64,000 nucleotides of DNA from Amoebophrya sp. A120 (lineage: Eukaryota > Protista > Dinoflagellata), in the NCBI GenBank assembly GCA_905178155.1, contig CAJINV010000001.1, positions 4,630,747-4,694,746 on the forward strand, written 5' to 3'. The position numbers and the translations under genes were made by a program. Every line of letters begins with the position of its first letter. Position 1 is the stretch's first letter. Of this stretch, positions 24,646 to 37,215 are shown piece after piece. The notes beneath the pieces are model-generated. The model ran no database searches, was not told the origin of the DNA, and saw only the letters and a list, made by a program, of their open reading frames with translations.

Positions 24646-27239
24646 ATGGCGCTGGCAGTGAGCTACTTCAACGACACCCCGGTGTACAACCTGACTGCTG
24701 GGCGGTCCACACCTCAGTTCATCGAAGAGGCGGCGAAGAACAACAAGTCGCTCAGGTACCTACTACAACAGGGGAACAAATATTTACGCTTTGATAATAG
24801 TATTTGCTTCTGCCACAAGAGGTTCTTCGCTGCATAAAAAAGGTACTGCGTGCAGCAGCTCCTCGTAGTTCCAGCGAGTTGCTTGCAATCTTCCATTGAG
24901 ACCTCCGTAAAGATTTTCCCTGTGCCGGCAGGGTGTACAATTGAAATCTGAATCGAATGACACTGTATCGAACGACTCTACAGGTACAATGAGGAATTTA
25001 GGAACCGCGTTGAACTGCTGCAGGACTTCGAGTTCCCCGCAACCAGCTCACGCGTGAAAGCGAGCCGGGACGGCAGATACATTTGTGCCACGGGCGGGTA
25101 CCCCTGGGAAATGCGGATGTTTGACACCGAAGACTTGGGCATGAAGTTCTGCCGAAGGGTGGACCATGAAATCGTGGACTTCTGCTTTCTCTCGGACGAC
25201 TACCGAAAGTTGGCGTTTCTGCAAAGTATAGTGCTTTCGTGTGTTTTTTAATAGTTGTGTTTACACGACGTGCCAGGTCTAGTTTCGCCATTGTGGTGCA
25301 AGAATGCGTAGAAGTAACGATGCGGATATTTCAATGGAAAGAACCGCTTTGGTCGTTTTATTTGCATTTGTTCAGCACTCTTAGGTCAAAGAGCAGTCGT
25401 TAGCCTCGATTTCAACATGAGAAGAATTGCACCGAAAATGTAAATGAATTGTGTCACTTCTGAGTATTCTCCATCACACGACAGGCGACCGCACACTGGA
25501 ATTCCACGCGCAGTATGGGCTCCACCACAAGCTTCGCGTGCCGAAGTTTTGCCGGTCTTTGGTGTACCACCCGGACAGCTGTGTGTTGTTTGCCGCGGGC
25601 GACGGGGACGAGGTCTACCGCTTGGACTTGGAGCAGGGGACTTTCCTCACGCCGCTCCACTCGGCAAAGTGCGACCAGGTGAACCAGGCCTGCCTGAATC
25701 CCCGCATGCCCCTGTTGGCCTGCGCGGGCACGGCCACGGGCGACGAAACCACCGGGCTGGTGGAGTTCTGGGACCTGCGGGACGCCGGGCGCGCGGTCAG
25801 CTTTTTGCGCCAGGAGGACGCGGGCATCACCGCCGTGGACTTTGCTCCCAGCGGCATGCACTTCTGCTTCGGCGACGAAAGGGGAGTGGTGCGCGTGTTC
25901 GATATACGCTCGGCTAAGCCCTTGAGCACCCGGGACCACCGGAATGAGCTCCCAATCAAGGCCGTGAAATATTTCGACGCCGGGGGAATAACTACAGAAT
26001 CAGCAACATCTTTGCTAACCGGCACGACGGCAAGAGCTTCCTCCTCCTCCAGCAATATTATCGCCAGCTGCGACGCGCGCTGCATCAAGCTGTGGGAGTA
26101 CGGAAGTTCAAATTCAAGCAGTTCCACTTCTTTCGACAATTCTAGGAGTAGATCAACTGCGGACGAACAACAATCGGAAATAAAAAACGATTCCACGCAG
26201 AGCAACAGCCGGATTCTCGCCGCCATCGAGTCCCCGGGCGGCGCGGTGCTGAACGACATCAGTTTCTACCCATCTTCCTCCCTGTTGTTCGCCGCCACCG
26301 ACGAGCAGCGCGTCGGGTGCTACTTCCTGCCCTCGCTGGGCGCGGCGCCGCAGTGGTGCAGCTTCCTGGACCACATGACGGAGGAGCTGGCGGAGATATC
26401 AAAAGGAAAAATCCCCCTTCCCCATATCGAAACGAAGTTTCTGATGCTGGATTTCCGTACACAAATCAGATTTGTCTTCCAGTAGAGGACTGCAGGCATA
26501 TGTCAAGCCCCAGTCGAGAGGTTTTGACGTAGGCGCCTAGCATGGCAAACGTGTATGCTCTAAGCCCAATAGCATCACAAACCTGCATCAAAAGCGGGGC
26601 GCTCTCTGGACTTGCCTTCTTGCAAGACAGACAGGATTTGAGGCAACAAGTGCGCTGCCTCACAAATTTTCAGAAGGATGCGTTTTCAATATGGGGAGGG
26701 GGGATTTTTCCTTACGATAGGAGACCCAGCGACAGCACTTATACGAGGACCACACTTTCCTGTCCAAGGAGCAGGTGCACGACCTCGGGGCCGCGGACCT
26801 GCTCGGCACAAAGTACCTGCTCCCCTACCAGCACGGGTTTCTGATGGACGTGCGGACGTTCGAGAAGATGAAGCGGATTCAGCAGGAGGAGAGGGGCGGG
26901 GCGGACCTGTTCGACTACGAGCAGAAGCTGGAGCAGTCCCGCAAGAAGCAGATGGAGCAGAACCGCCCGATGCGCGTTCCGGACGCCGCGAAGCTGGCGA
27001 AGACGCGCGTGCAGGCGAACCAGAAGCTGTTCGACAAGCTGCAGGACCGGGTGGACTCCCGGCAGACGGAATTACGAAGGAAAAAGGACCAGGTGGCCAA
27101 CGCCGGGAAGAAATTGCTGGAAGACGACCGGTTTGCCAAAATGTTCAGCAACCCCGATTTCGAAATCGAAGAAGCAGAAATCAGACAAGAGTCTGGCGTG
27201 GCAAAAGACCGAGCGAAAAAGCGAAAGCGAATTGGATAA
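24646..27239 (+). CDS. NOL10: Nucleolar protein 10 / Enp2 (WD40 ribosome biogenesis factor)
   Basis: RVELLQDFEFP, DGRYICATG, LSDDYRKLAFLQSDRTLEFH, EVYRLDLEQG, LGAAPQWCSFLDHMTEEL, DDRFAKMFSNPDFEI. GT-AG introns 24756-24983 and 25226-25484, plus TIR element 26397-26719. Confidence 0.93.
26397..26719. mobile_element. TIR intron element, family B (323 bp)
   Basis: TATCAAAAGGAAAAATCCCCCTTCCCCATAT...ATATGGGGAGGGGGATTTTTCCTTACGATA; DR GGAGA; spliced EELAE/TQRQHLYEDH. Confidence 0.93.
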
Positions 27240-28574
27240 ACGATTGCTGGCGCCGCGAGGGCCCTATCTTTCTGATTGTGATAGATCGTATTGATCGATA
27301 TTCATTTCAACATCTTCTTGCGACATTTTTTCTTATCCATGCGGACCACTTAGAAGCTTGTGTACATCATCTTCAGCACGAGGAGGTGACCAGCCTATTG
27401 ATTCGTTGCAGTGTAAGTAGTTTAGGAGACGAGGTGGACGAGGGCTCCGAGAAAAAAAAAATAGCTGCATCACACTTGCAGCAACACCAAGCAGTTATCT
27501 CTCTGTGCGGTCGCTGTTTGAAGAATTTAGCACTGCTGTCGCACCAGCGAGATCAGATTTTCTCCGTGCTCACGACAACAATAAACAATGTTTTCTACTA
27601 GAATTCGAAATCGAAATCACTGTCGGTCTGCTTTACCAGCACATCTGCAGCCTCGGAAGTTTGTATTTCGTCCCAAATAGAAACGGTTGCACTCTAGTGC
27701 TGTGATCTGCTATCAGAGTCAAAAGTGAAAAAATCGGTTCGTGCAACAAAAAGACAGCAACATCGTGCGACATCATTTTGACTTCCTCGTGCACGAAGAT
27801 AGAAGAAGATAGAGCACCAGAAGCGCAGACTGGCAAGGCCAGAACTCTCGGTAATAAATCGTGCAATGCGAAGTTCCGAATAGATTGAAAATCGGTATAG
27901 ATACCGTTTGTCCCGTTGCTCTTGCTGCCGTACAAAACAAAGTGTTTCGGTGATTTTGATTTTCACAACGTACACCCGTCTGAAGATGGCATATCTTCGT
28001 TCATCTTGTTCTGCACTGGTGTGCTACTGCATTTCTTATGCTGGAGCAGCACTTTGGTATTCCTTCTTCGTGCAGCCTCCAGTACTACAAGTTGAGGACG
28101 AATTTTCAAAAGGAAAGCGCTTGCTTATTCTTCTTTTCTCCACAGGACCCCAACTTACACTATTCTCAACGCAGCTTTTCTGTTAAGGCTTCAATTAGAT
28201 ACTACCCAGCAGTAGAGTGATTTCCAATAGTCAGTCTCCTTTTGCAAGGATGCCGGACTGAGGAGGAAGGAACATATAACAGATGGTGCCGATGGTAGTG
28301 CGTGACTGGGCCTCGCTGTCCAGCGGTGGTTAAGGTTTTTGCACCAGATGCACCCCTGTGGTAGTTATTGAAGTTTTCTAGAAAATCGAGCAAGTTTTTC
28401 TCTCACATTTTTGTTCTGGTTCGGAAAAGCGACGGCACACAGTTCATTGTTTTTATTTTCCGTTCCAATTTTATTTTCTTTTTCAATCATCTGTGAACCT
28501 GGTCTATTTTTTATTTGAGTAGCCGCAGGGGCACTACACCAGAAAAGCAGTATAAGTTCATCTCCGATCGCGCG

Positions 28575-31500
28575 ATGGCGTCGTTCGGCAGCGTGCTGAA
28601 CCACGTCCGACGGGACATGCTCCAGAAGAACATGGAGGAGTCGGACGAGGAGCCGGAGGCGCGGAAGCGCAAGTACGACGCCATCGCGCTGCTCACCGGG
28701 CAGCAGCGTACCGAGGCGGACGCCGCGGCCTCCTCCCCGGAGGACGGCGATGGCGGGGGAAAGCGGATCTCCCCCGAGGCCAGCGCGGAGGAGAAGCGGC
28801 GCATCATAGACGCGAGACTAGAACAGGAGGCCCGGGAGCGGCGGCTCAGCTCCGGGCAAAAGTTCCCGATCGGCGCGGGCGCGGCGGCGAAGAGAAAACA
28901 AACATCCTCCACGTCGTCGCTGGGCGAGTATGATGACATGCCTCCGACTTTGGAGGACGGCGAGCCCGAGGTGATCACTCTAGACCCCCCACCGGGACCA
29001 GGGGCCGCGAATGATGGTGCACCAGGAGCTGCTGCACCGGGGGGTGGTCCACAACATCAACACCCCGGTCCACCCGCGGCCGGGATGGGGATCAGCGGGT
29101 TGCTCGGAGCGTTCGGCGGGAAGAAGGCGATAGCCGCGGAGGAACCAGAAAAGCGAAAGCCGTCGGCGCAGAGCAGCGTGAAGGCGCTCGGGATGCACGG
29201 CATCCGCCAGGGCAGCACGCAGATTGACCTTGAGGAAGTGCAAAACAAGGAGAAGCAGCAGCAGGAGGAGGAAGGCAACAAGGTGGAGGAGCGCCGGGTG
29301 TACATGTCCCGGGCCAGCGACGGCACCTCGAAAAACCATATTCTGGAGGCCGAGAAGGAGACCAGCGAGCGGGACAAGGAGCGCGAGGAGGCAGAGCTGC
29401 TCGGGAACGACGAGTGGCAGCTGTGGAACCAGCGGTGGCGCGAGGCCCGGGGCGGCAAGCTCGGGTACCTGCCGATCTTCCACCCCGACTGCACGACCAG
29501 GACGATCTGGCAAGTGCTGATGGTATTCCCCCTGATGTACATGGGCACCGTGGTGCCCTACCGACTCGCCTTCATAGACTTCCGGATCTACCCCCTGAGC
29601 GAACAGGAAGCGCAGTTCAAAGTGCCGATAATCGAGGACGGGAACGGGTGGGAGATCACCGACACCCTGTTGGACATCTTCTTCTGGGCGGATCTGTTCT
29701 TCAACTTCTTCGTGGCCTACTTTGACCTGGGCGGCAGGCTACACAGCCACCCACATAGCATATGGAAAAACTACTTGGGCGGGTGGTTCACGCTAGACCT
29801 ACTGGCGTGTTTACCCGCGGCCTTCTGGTCAAGTCTGGTATCCGTATCGGCCGACTCAAACGCGAACAAGGTAAAAGAATTCTTTCGTACGAAGATCAAC
29901 GATAAAAGTTTTCACATCAACCGACCACGAGTTATTGTTTGAGAAAGTATGTGTATGACTAATGAATTGTTCTTACAGTCTAAAAATCAACGACTGTGTA
30001 GTTTCTGTAAGTACAAGGGAAACAGCAATGATTTCTTCCCTCTAAACATCACAAAAGTATTTTCAAAATTATTTCAAATAACAGATAACGCGGCTTCCTC
30101 AACTGTACCGGATCGGGCGGTTGGCCCGGCTGTCGAAGATCGGGAAGGCGAGCCAGGTGATGCGCACGTTTCTGCAAAGGCTGAACCAAAACAGTATCAT
30201 GTTTTACATATCCTCCACCCTGGGCAAGAGTCGTCTGGCCAACGTTTCCAAGTTCCTGATCGTCCTGTTATTCGTGTCTCACATCTTCGGGTGCTTCTGG
30301 TACTTGCTCGCGGCCATGCACGAGAATCCGCTGGACACCTGGGTGGGTAACCGGAGCCTAAACCGGCCGGACGGGACGACAATGTACATGATCGAGCAAA
30401 CCCCGAGCTACCAGTGGCTGACCTGCATATACTTTATCCTCACCGTCTGCACCACGGTCGGGTTCGGGGACATCACCCCGTTCACCGAGGCGGAACTCAT
30501 CTTTACCACCATGCTGATGCTGTTCGGCGCGGTGATCAACTCGGTCATAGTGTCTGAGGTGATCGCGGTGCTCACCCGGGTGGACCAGAGCAACCAGGAG
30601 CTCAACAGGAAAACCTCTTCGATCACAAACTTCTTCAAGAAGAGCTGCATCAAGGACAACAAAATCGAATCGAAGATAAGACTGGTACAACTCATTTCAT
30701 TTTCCATGTTCTTTTTCGATATAATCGGTAGAGTCCGAGACGTGCTTTTGTATACGAATGCTGATTTTTGGCGAATGAAAAGCCCGCTCTTGGTTTCAAT
30801 CCGTGAAGAAAAAAAACTTGTAGGTCGTGGTATACTTATGCGACGAGTGTGTCGGGTTGTTTTCTCATTCTCAAGGCAAAAAAGTTCGTTCCTTTTCGTT
30901 TCGGAAGAACAGAGCTTCTTTGAATAACCACGACAGGTCGCGGAGTACCAAACGCGGGAAAAGTACGCGGAGATTTCCTCAGGCAGGGAGGACGACTGGA
31001 AATCGTTTTGGGAAATTTGCACCTCTATGTCGACGCCTTTGCAGCGGGCGGTCGCGAAGCGGGCGCACGCGGGGGCCGTCTGGAGGTCGCAGTTTGTGAA
31101 GCACAGCAAGCTCAAATTTGAGGGCATATCACTCATGCTTGCCGTCTTTCTGCAGAAGAGAATTTGCCAGAAGGGGTTTGTCTTCTACCGCAACGGGGAG
31201 CAGGCGCAGGGCCTGTACCTAATCGTCAAGGGGAGTTTGAGCTACTGCGCGGTGCCCAGTGACATGGGGGGGATCGCAAACATCCGAATGGTGGAAAACC
31301 TCGTGGAGCTGGACGTCAACAGCGGACTGGTAAAACTCATGATATTAATGACTGAAAGGGGTTTCTGTCTCAATTCGCAAAGGGTGATAAAGTAATATGA
31401 TGAAATGAAAAAGAATAAGAATATAGAAAAACTGCATGATGTATGAGATGAAGCTACCATCTTGTAGAGCAAACTGCTTTGCATGTCGCGCATCAAAGTA

Positions 31501-32475
31501 GAACTCGTCCTACGCACTTACTTCCATTTAGCCGGTCGACGCCTATCGCATAAAAGAAAACTATTTGCACTGAAAAATAATACCAGGTGCGGCGTTACCC
31601 CTACACGCTGCATGGGCGAGATTCCTACGTGGGCGAGTACGAGTTGATCGTGCCCGGGGCGAGGATATCAACTGCAAAAATGTCTGGGTCTGGACGACTG
31701 CTAAGTTTGTCATGCATATTTTGAATGGCCCATGATGTCTGTTATGCATGACCTAGCATCACAGATTTTTAGAGGGCTTTGCGATGCCTCTACTGCATGA
31801 GAAATGCCCTCTCCGTGTAGCACAAACTGGAGTCCTCTTGCTGGGCATGCAACGCAAATTTTTTTAGAATCCAGAGACAGCATTACAAGTTTAGAATCTT
31901 CCAGACCCAGACATATTTGCATTTGATAGAGGAAAAGCATTCTACGCGCGGAGAACGAGTGCGAGGTGCTTTTGCTGACGCGGTCGGACTTCATCATTCT
32001 GTGCTACGCCTTCCCGGTGATACTAGAAAACCTGCGGGGGCACGCGCGGCGACGGGAGGAGCGCCGAAACTGGCGGTTCAAGAGGCACACGAAGACGTGG
32101 TCCTACGAGTCCCTGGCCGCGGCGCACATCCAGGAGGCCTGGAGGGAGGTGAAGAAGCGGCGAACGGGGGCGAAGATGAAGCGAGCCTTCAACAAGGTAC
32201 ACAAACTCGCCGCACAAACCATTCTGGGCAAGGGCAAGAAGACGGCGCTCGAGCGCAGCCGCGCGGACCTGTTCATGGAGATGGCGAAGCAGGAGGAGCG
32301 GCGGCAGTACGGGGGCCGCGACCCCGAGAGCCCAGCCACGCTGCACGATCTGCACAAGATGACGCACGACACACAAGTGGTGCGCACGCAGGTGTACGAG
32401 CTCACCCGCATGGTGGAGCAGATCTACTTTGCCAATGCGGGCGTCAACTCGGGCGACATCGTGCAGACCGACTAG
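28575..32475 (+). CDS. Voltage-gated / cyclic-nucleotide-binding-domain cation channel (HCN/EAG-like)
   Basis: S1-S3 segments, YLGGWFTLDLLACLP, S4 RIGRLARLSKIGK, pore TTVGFGDITP, CNBD (VFYRNGEQAQGLYLIVKGSL..YVGEYELI). GT-AG introns (e.g. 29871-30084) plus TIR element 31666-31928. Confidence 0.88.
31666..31928. mobile_element. TIR intron element, family A (263 bp)
   Basis: TATCAACTGCAAAAATGTCTGGGTCTGG...CCAGACCCAGACATATTTGCATTTGATA; DR GAGGA; spliced PGAR/KSILRAENECEV. Confidence 0.93.
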
Positions 32476-32574
32476 TAGTCGCGTGTCTTATGTGGTTTGT
32501 TGCTGTGTACGAAAAGGTTTGAGTGAAATTTTAACAAAGGCTAAGAAATTAAAAGCAGTGCAATTCAGCACGAG

Positions 32575-32690
32575 AAGTTTACACTTTATAACATCATCTT
32601 ATTCACACAAGTTTACACTTTATAACATCATCTTATTCACACAAGTTTACACTTTATAACATCATCTTATTCACACAAGTTTGCACTTTA
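32575..32690. repeat. 34-bp tandem repeat, three full copies plus a partial one
   Basis: AAGTTTACACTTTATAACATCATCTTATTCACAC repeated head-to-tail with no spacers, downstream of the channel gene. Confidence 0.95.
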
Positions 32691-33762
32691 GTTCACATAC
32701 ACTACGTACATGTTTTTTTAACTCTTATGGCAACACAAGTAGAATTCAAGCGATTCTATCACAATTAAGTGACAAGAACCCGAGAGCAGTATGCTTGTTA
32801 ACCGAGTTTTTTCCCGTATTTTCCCCCCTCGAGTTGCAAAATTTTCACAGGCGCATATGGAAGTAAAAGCATTTTATCACCGTCGGTAGAGTTCTTAAAT
32901 TAAAGGAGCATACAAAACTTTGTGGAAGCTACTCCTAGAGTCGGTTTGTGATTGCGGCCGCAATTTTTGCATAGATTTTTCAGCGCATAAGTTTCCTCAC
33001 AACTCGGCTTGTAGTCATTCCAGTTGCTTTGTTGTAGCATGCCCTTCACCCGTCATGATGGACAGACAAAACGGTAAATGCATTCTTACTTCTTCTTTTT
33101 CTTTCCCTCTATCTTCCTACTTCTCCTTGAGGCGACGTCGCTCGAGGTCGGGCTTTGCTAGCAGGTCCTACCAGTTGTCACCTGCAGAGCGGCTCCATCG
33201 TGAAAGTGTGTTCATGCGAATCTGTGCGACGCATGCGACGATTCATGTGTCGCAAAATATTTTTCCCAATGACACGGTATCGGTGAATAAAGCGCGACGT
33301 TCTTGTCATCGTGCCTCCATTTCATGTCGAGTCGGTCGTTCGCATCGCATTCGGAAGAGAACCAGTCTATTACTTGTTCCCGTTGAAATCAAATATCGGT
33401 TTTCGTACACACAAGGTTTTTGGAAAACGTACACGCCGTGACGTCCACCCTTATTTCGAGACACCGTCCTCCGAGCCTCTATGATTGGAGCTAAGTTTAG
33501 CTGAAATTTCGTATTTTTCGTCTCTGTAGTTATCATCACGCGTTTTTTTCTCAATCCAATGACAGCAGGAACCACGACCCTTTCGTGAGCAACACTCTGA
33601 AATTTACTTTTTAACAAGTGTAACTATCGGATAGCAGCAAAGCCAAATAACGCTCATCTTCTCGATCAAACTTTTGCTTTTCGCTAAATCCTCCTTTTCT
33701 ACAACATCTACTTCGCCGACTCGAGTTAGCAATACGTATAAAGATAAACCTCCTTGCCTAAC

Positions 33763-35748
33763 ATGCCGCCGGCCGCGAAGAAGAACGCAATGAAGAAACA
33801 GTCGCCCGCCGCGAAGAAGAAAACCGCAAAGAAGTCCTCCGCGGCGGGGAACACCAAAGGGAAGAAGAACAACGCGAATGCGAAGAAAAGCAAGAAGAAC
33901 CGCATCGAAGACCATCTGAACCGCGTGGAGGCCGCGTTGATTTTCGGTTACGGGTGCCCGCGACACCCGGTCCTGGAAAAAATGCTGCGGCCCTGCCTTG
34001 CCGTCTGCGACTCCGGACGGCAGCCGCTGCAGAAAAAGGGCGTGGAGATGCTCTCCGCGCAGGTGCATCACATCTCCAACGTGTTGACCAAAAAGTACCA
34101 CGAAAAGCGGGACTTCATCCACAACGCCCCCCTGATTCAGGCGGACATTGTGAAGACCGCGGACCACCTGGCGCAACAGTTGCACAACCTCAACGACCAG
34201 CACGACGGCTTGAAAGCCCGGCTCAACCAGGAGGAGAGCTTCGAGCAAGACGCGAAACAGGCCGTGCAGGACGCAAACAAGTTCCGGGAGGACGTGTATT
34301 ACATACTTGCTCGCTGTTATTGTTTTTTCGTAAACCTAAATCCGCTCATGAGTGAAGTGGAAATTTTGATTTTTGCCAAATCGTTACACCGTGCGGTTTC
34401 AATTGCCAAAGTTATGACATAAGACAGAGAAATTCTGTAAGGAGAATATCAAGCTTGAATGAAAGCGATGTTTTTTTACACAAAATACAAAACAGGTTCA
34501 ACGCCACGCCGATTCTGTCCAAGCAGCTGCAGCAAGTCCGCGAGGTGGAGAAGAACCAGTTTCAAAAGATGCTGGACCACCCGCCGCAGGGCGCGAAATT
34601 TCAAAAAGAGATGAAGCAAATCAGCAACCTGTTTGAGAAGGTCGTGGAGCTCGACGAGGCGGTGCTGGTCGCTCTGCCCGCCGCCCTGCAGAAGCTATTG
34701 AGAGGAAAAATCCCCCCTCCCCATATTGAAAAGGTATGTTTTCGAAAATTTGTGTTGCTGATTTGTGACCACAAATCAGGTTTGTCTTGCAAGAAGAAAA
34801 GTGCAGAGGCATCCGCCCAATTGTGGAAGCGATTTGGCATGCTGTTGGTCCTAGAGGGTAGCCGTTTGCAATTCTGAACAACTAGACCTGAGCGCTCCAA
34901 CCTAGGCTGCGGATCTGGCCGCAGTGCCTTACCGCAAGACAAGTCGGATTTGTGTACGCAAATCAGCATCAGAAATGTCCATTTTGATAGGGAGAGGGGG
35001 GATTTTTCATTTTGATAGAAGCTGCCGGCCAACCGGGGCCCCTTCGACGACATGACGCTGCAGGAAACGAAGAAGCAGCTGCGAAATTGGATTCTGGACA
35101 CGGAGTTCAAAATTGGCAACCAGAGCAACCGGGAACTGGACGCGGACGCGAAGGTACTTGTTTTTACTGGTCTGATGGGAGGAGCTGGAGCTGCTCTTTC
35201 TGGTTTTGGATTTTTAATTTTAGTAGAATACTGGCTTCATGATCATCGTCAAGAGAATAAAGAAAAGTTTTGCTGGTGCAGCTGTTCTCATACTTCAAAT
35301 ACCACTAGAATGAGGAGGGGGGACGCATTCCGCGTGTTATAGATATGATATCTCTGTGTTTGCACATCATCATCAGGTGAAGCATGCGGAGGACGAGCTA
35401 CAGCAGTGCAAGGCGAACACGCAGACCGCCCGGGAGCTGCTCCAGACGGTGGACGACAATTTGAAGCGCAACAAGGAAGAAACCAAGGAGAATGAAAAGC
35501 GGCGAAAAACGCATCCCAAGAACGTGGAGAGCGCGGAGATCGAGCGGCAAGAGGCGGAGAAGGACGTGCACAAGTTCGCGGATGTTTTAGCCAGCTTTGA
35601 ATTTCTCAAGAATCGCGCCACGACGGACGGCTCGGATGCGTTGATGCTGGGCGACCGGGAGGGTTTGCTGGAACTGGAAGATTCACCTATGGGCGACGAG
35701 GACGACGACGACGACGAGGACGACGAGGATGAGGACGACGAGCTGTAA
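33763..35748 (+). CDS. Hypothetical coiled-coil protein with Lys-rich N-terminus and acidic C-terminus
   Basis: GC-rich exons joined across probable GT-AG introns (~34294-34496, ~35154-35376) and TIR element 34696-35017; no family recognised. Confidence 0.7.
34696..35017. mobile_element. TIR intron element, family B, reverse orientation (322 bp)
   Basis: TATTGAGAGGAAAAATCCCCCC...GGGGGGATTTTTCATTTTGATA; DR GAAGC; interior resembles the reverse complement of the 1480 copy. Confidence 0.92.
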
Positions 35749-36408
35749 GCAGTGTGGAGTTTCATTTTGTGTATCATCGAGCATACTCACAACTCTCACA
35801 CAGAAAGCTTTTTTTTTTCCTAGTGAAGAAGTCCGAGTCTGCTCGAAGCCGCAAGCCAGAAGCCTTCGAACCCGCTCCGCGAACTCTTGGGATAAATTTT
35901 TTACCCATGATTTTTGCTTTACACCTTCCTTACCATTGCCTACCCAAGAATTCCATTATTCTACTCCACTTTTACAAGTACAATAGAAATGTCAGAACTT
36001 CCACGGATAGAAGCAGCATCTCTCGCCCTCGTGTGACTAGGTTTACCTCACCTCAAGACCCAACTAGAACTGTACACTACGTCGGTTCGTATTCCCGAAC
36101 CCTGACAAGACGCGATACCCCACCCAAATCTGGACATGTATTCCAATAAAATCTACTCGCAGTTCCCAACGACTTTCGACTTGCAGACGCAAGGCACAGG
36201 AAGTTCCATCAGTTTTTCAAAATATGATCACGTGAGGAGCCACAGCACCGGGTAACTGCAGGCGTAGCGATTTTGAAGCTTTGTTCCCGCCATTACTGAG
36301 GGCTTTGCGTAGTTCATCTCGAAGGAGCGCGATGGTGAGAGATACAGAAGTAGTCACGTGTAGTAGTACAGCTTAAACACCATGCAGGACTTCTTCTTGG
36401 ACATATAA

Positions 36409-37057
36409 GAACGGGGTCACAAAATGTCCGACTAAGTCCTCGGGGGACCTGCGACCCACCCAGCCGGGTGGGCCTTAGGTCCCCTGTCCCAATAATTAAG
36501 TTATCTATGACTCCGCCACAGCTCGCGTCCGCCCATATTGTTTTCTCGCCGTTCGTTTTTGTGGGTGTAAATCTGTATTTGTATTAGAGTTTTGCACTAT
36601 TGCACTTGTGCCTCCTTTTGTCGCTATTTATCCAAGAAAAGAGCTTATTTGGTGGGTGTAAATCTGTGATGCAGAAAATGCAAAACTGTTTCACAGGAAA
36701 CTGCAGAAACACTTTTGCATTTTCCGCATCACAGGTCCCTTTTGCGTAAAAACGGCTTTGCATTTTCTGCATCACAGATTTAACCCACAACAAAGCTTTT
36801 TTCTTGGATCAGTGCAGTGCACAAGTGTTTTTTCTTGGATAAGTGCAGTCGCAGTGCGCAAATACAATAATACATAAGCTACTGCGTCACAGATTGACAC
36901 CCACGAGAAAGAACGGCGAGAAAACTGGAGCGGGCGGACGCGAGCTGTGGCGGATTCGTAACTTAATTCTACATTGGGACAGGGGACCTAAGGCCCACCC
37001 AGCTGGGTGGTTCGCAGGTCCCCCGAGGACTTAGTCGGACATTTTGTGACCCCGTTC
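36409..37057. mobile_element. Intergenic foldback MITE (649 bp), TAA target-site duplication, PIF/Harbinger-like
   Basis: GAACGGGGTCACAAAATGTCCGACTAAGTCCTCGGGG.../...CCCCGAGGACTTAGTCGGACATTTTGTGACCCCGTTC; imperfect arms of ~170 bp plus inner inverted repeats; TAA at 36406-36408 and 37058-37060; no convincing coding ORF. Confidence 0.85.
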
Positions 37058-37215
37058 TAACTTGATGGCGAGTCGTGAATTCCGTAGAAAGGTCAAAATG
37101 TTCTGGTGATCGAGGTTCCTTGTCCTGAAGTCTGCGAGGACTTGCGGACCAGGACATCAACCCTACCAGGATGGCGCCCGGCACTGTACCATTCCCGCGG
37201 TCGCCGTTTTCGACG

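Noticed and set aside
32575-32690. Possible CRISPR array
   Set aside because: Contiguous repeats with no spacers, no cas genes, eukaryotic context.
36582-36868. TAT...ATA element nested in the MITE
   Set aside because: Inner inverted repeats exist but there is no 5-bp DR, so it was treated as part of the foldback.
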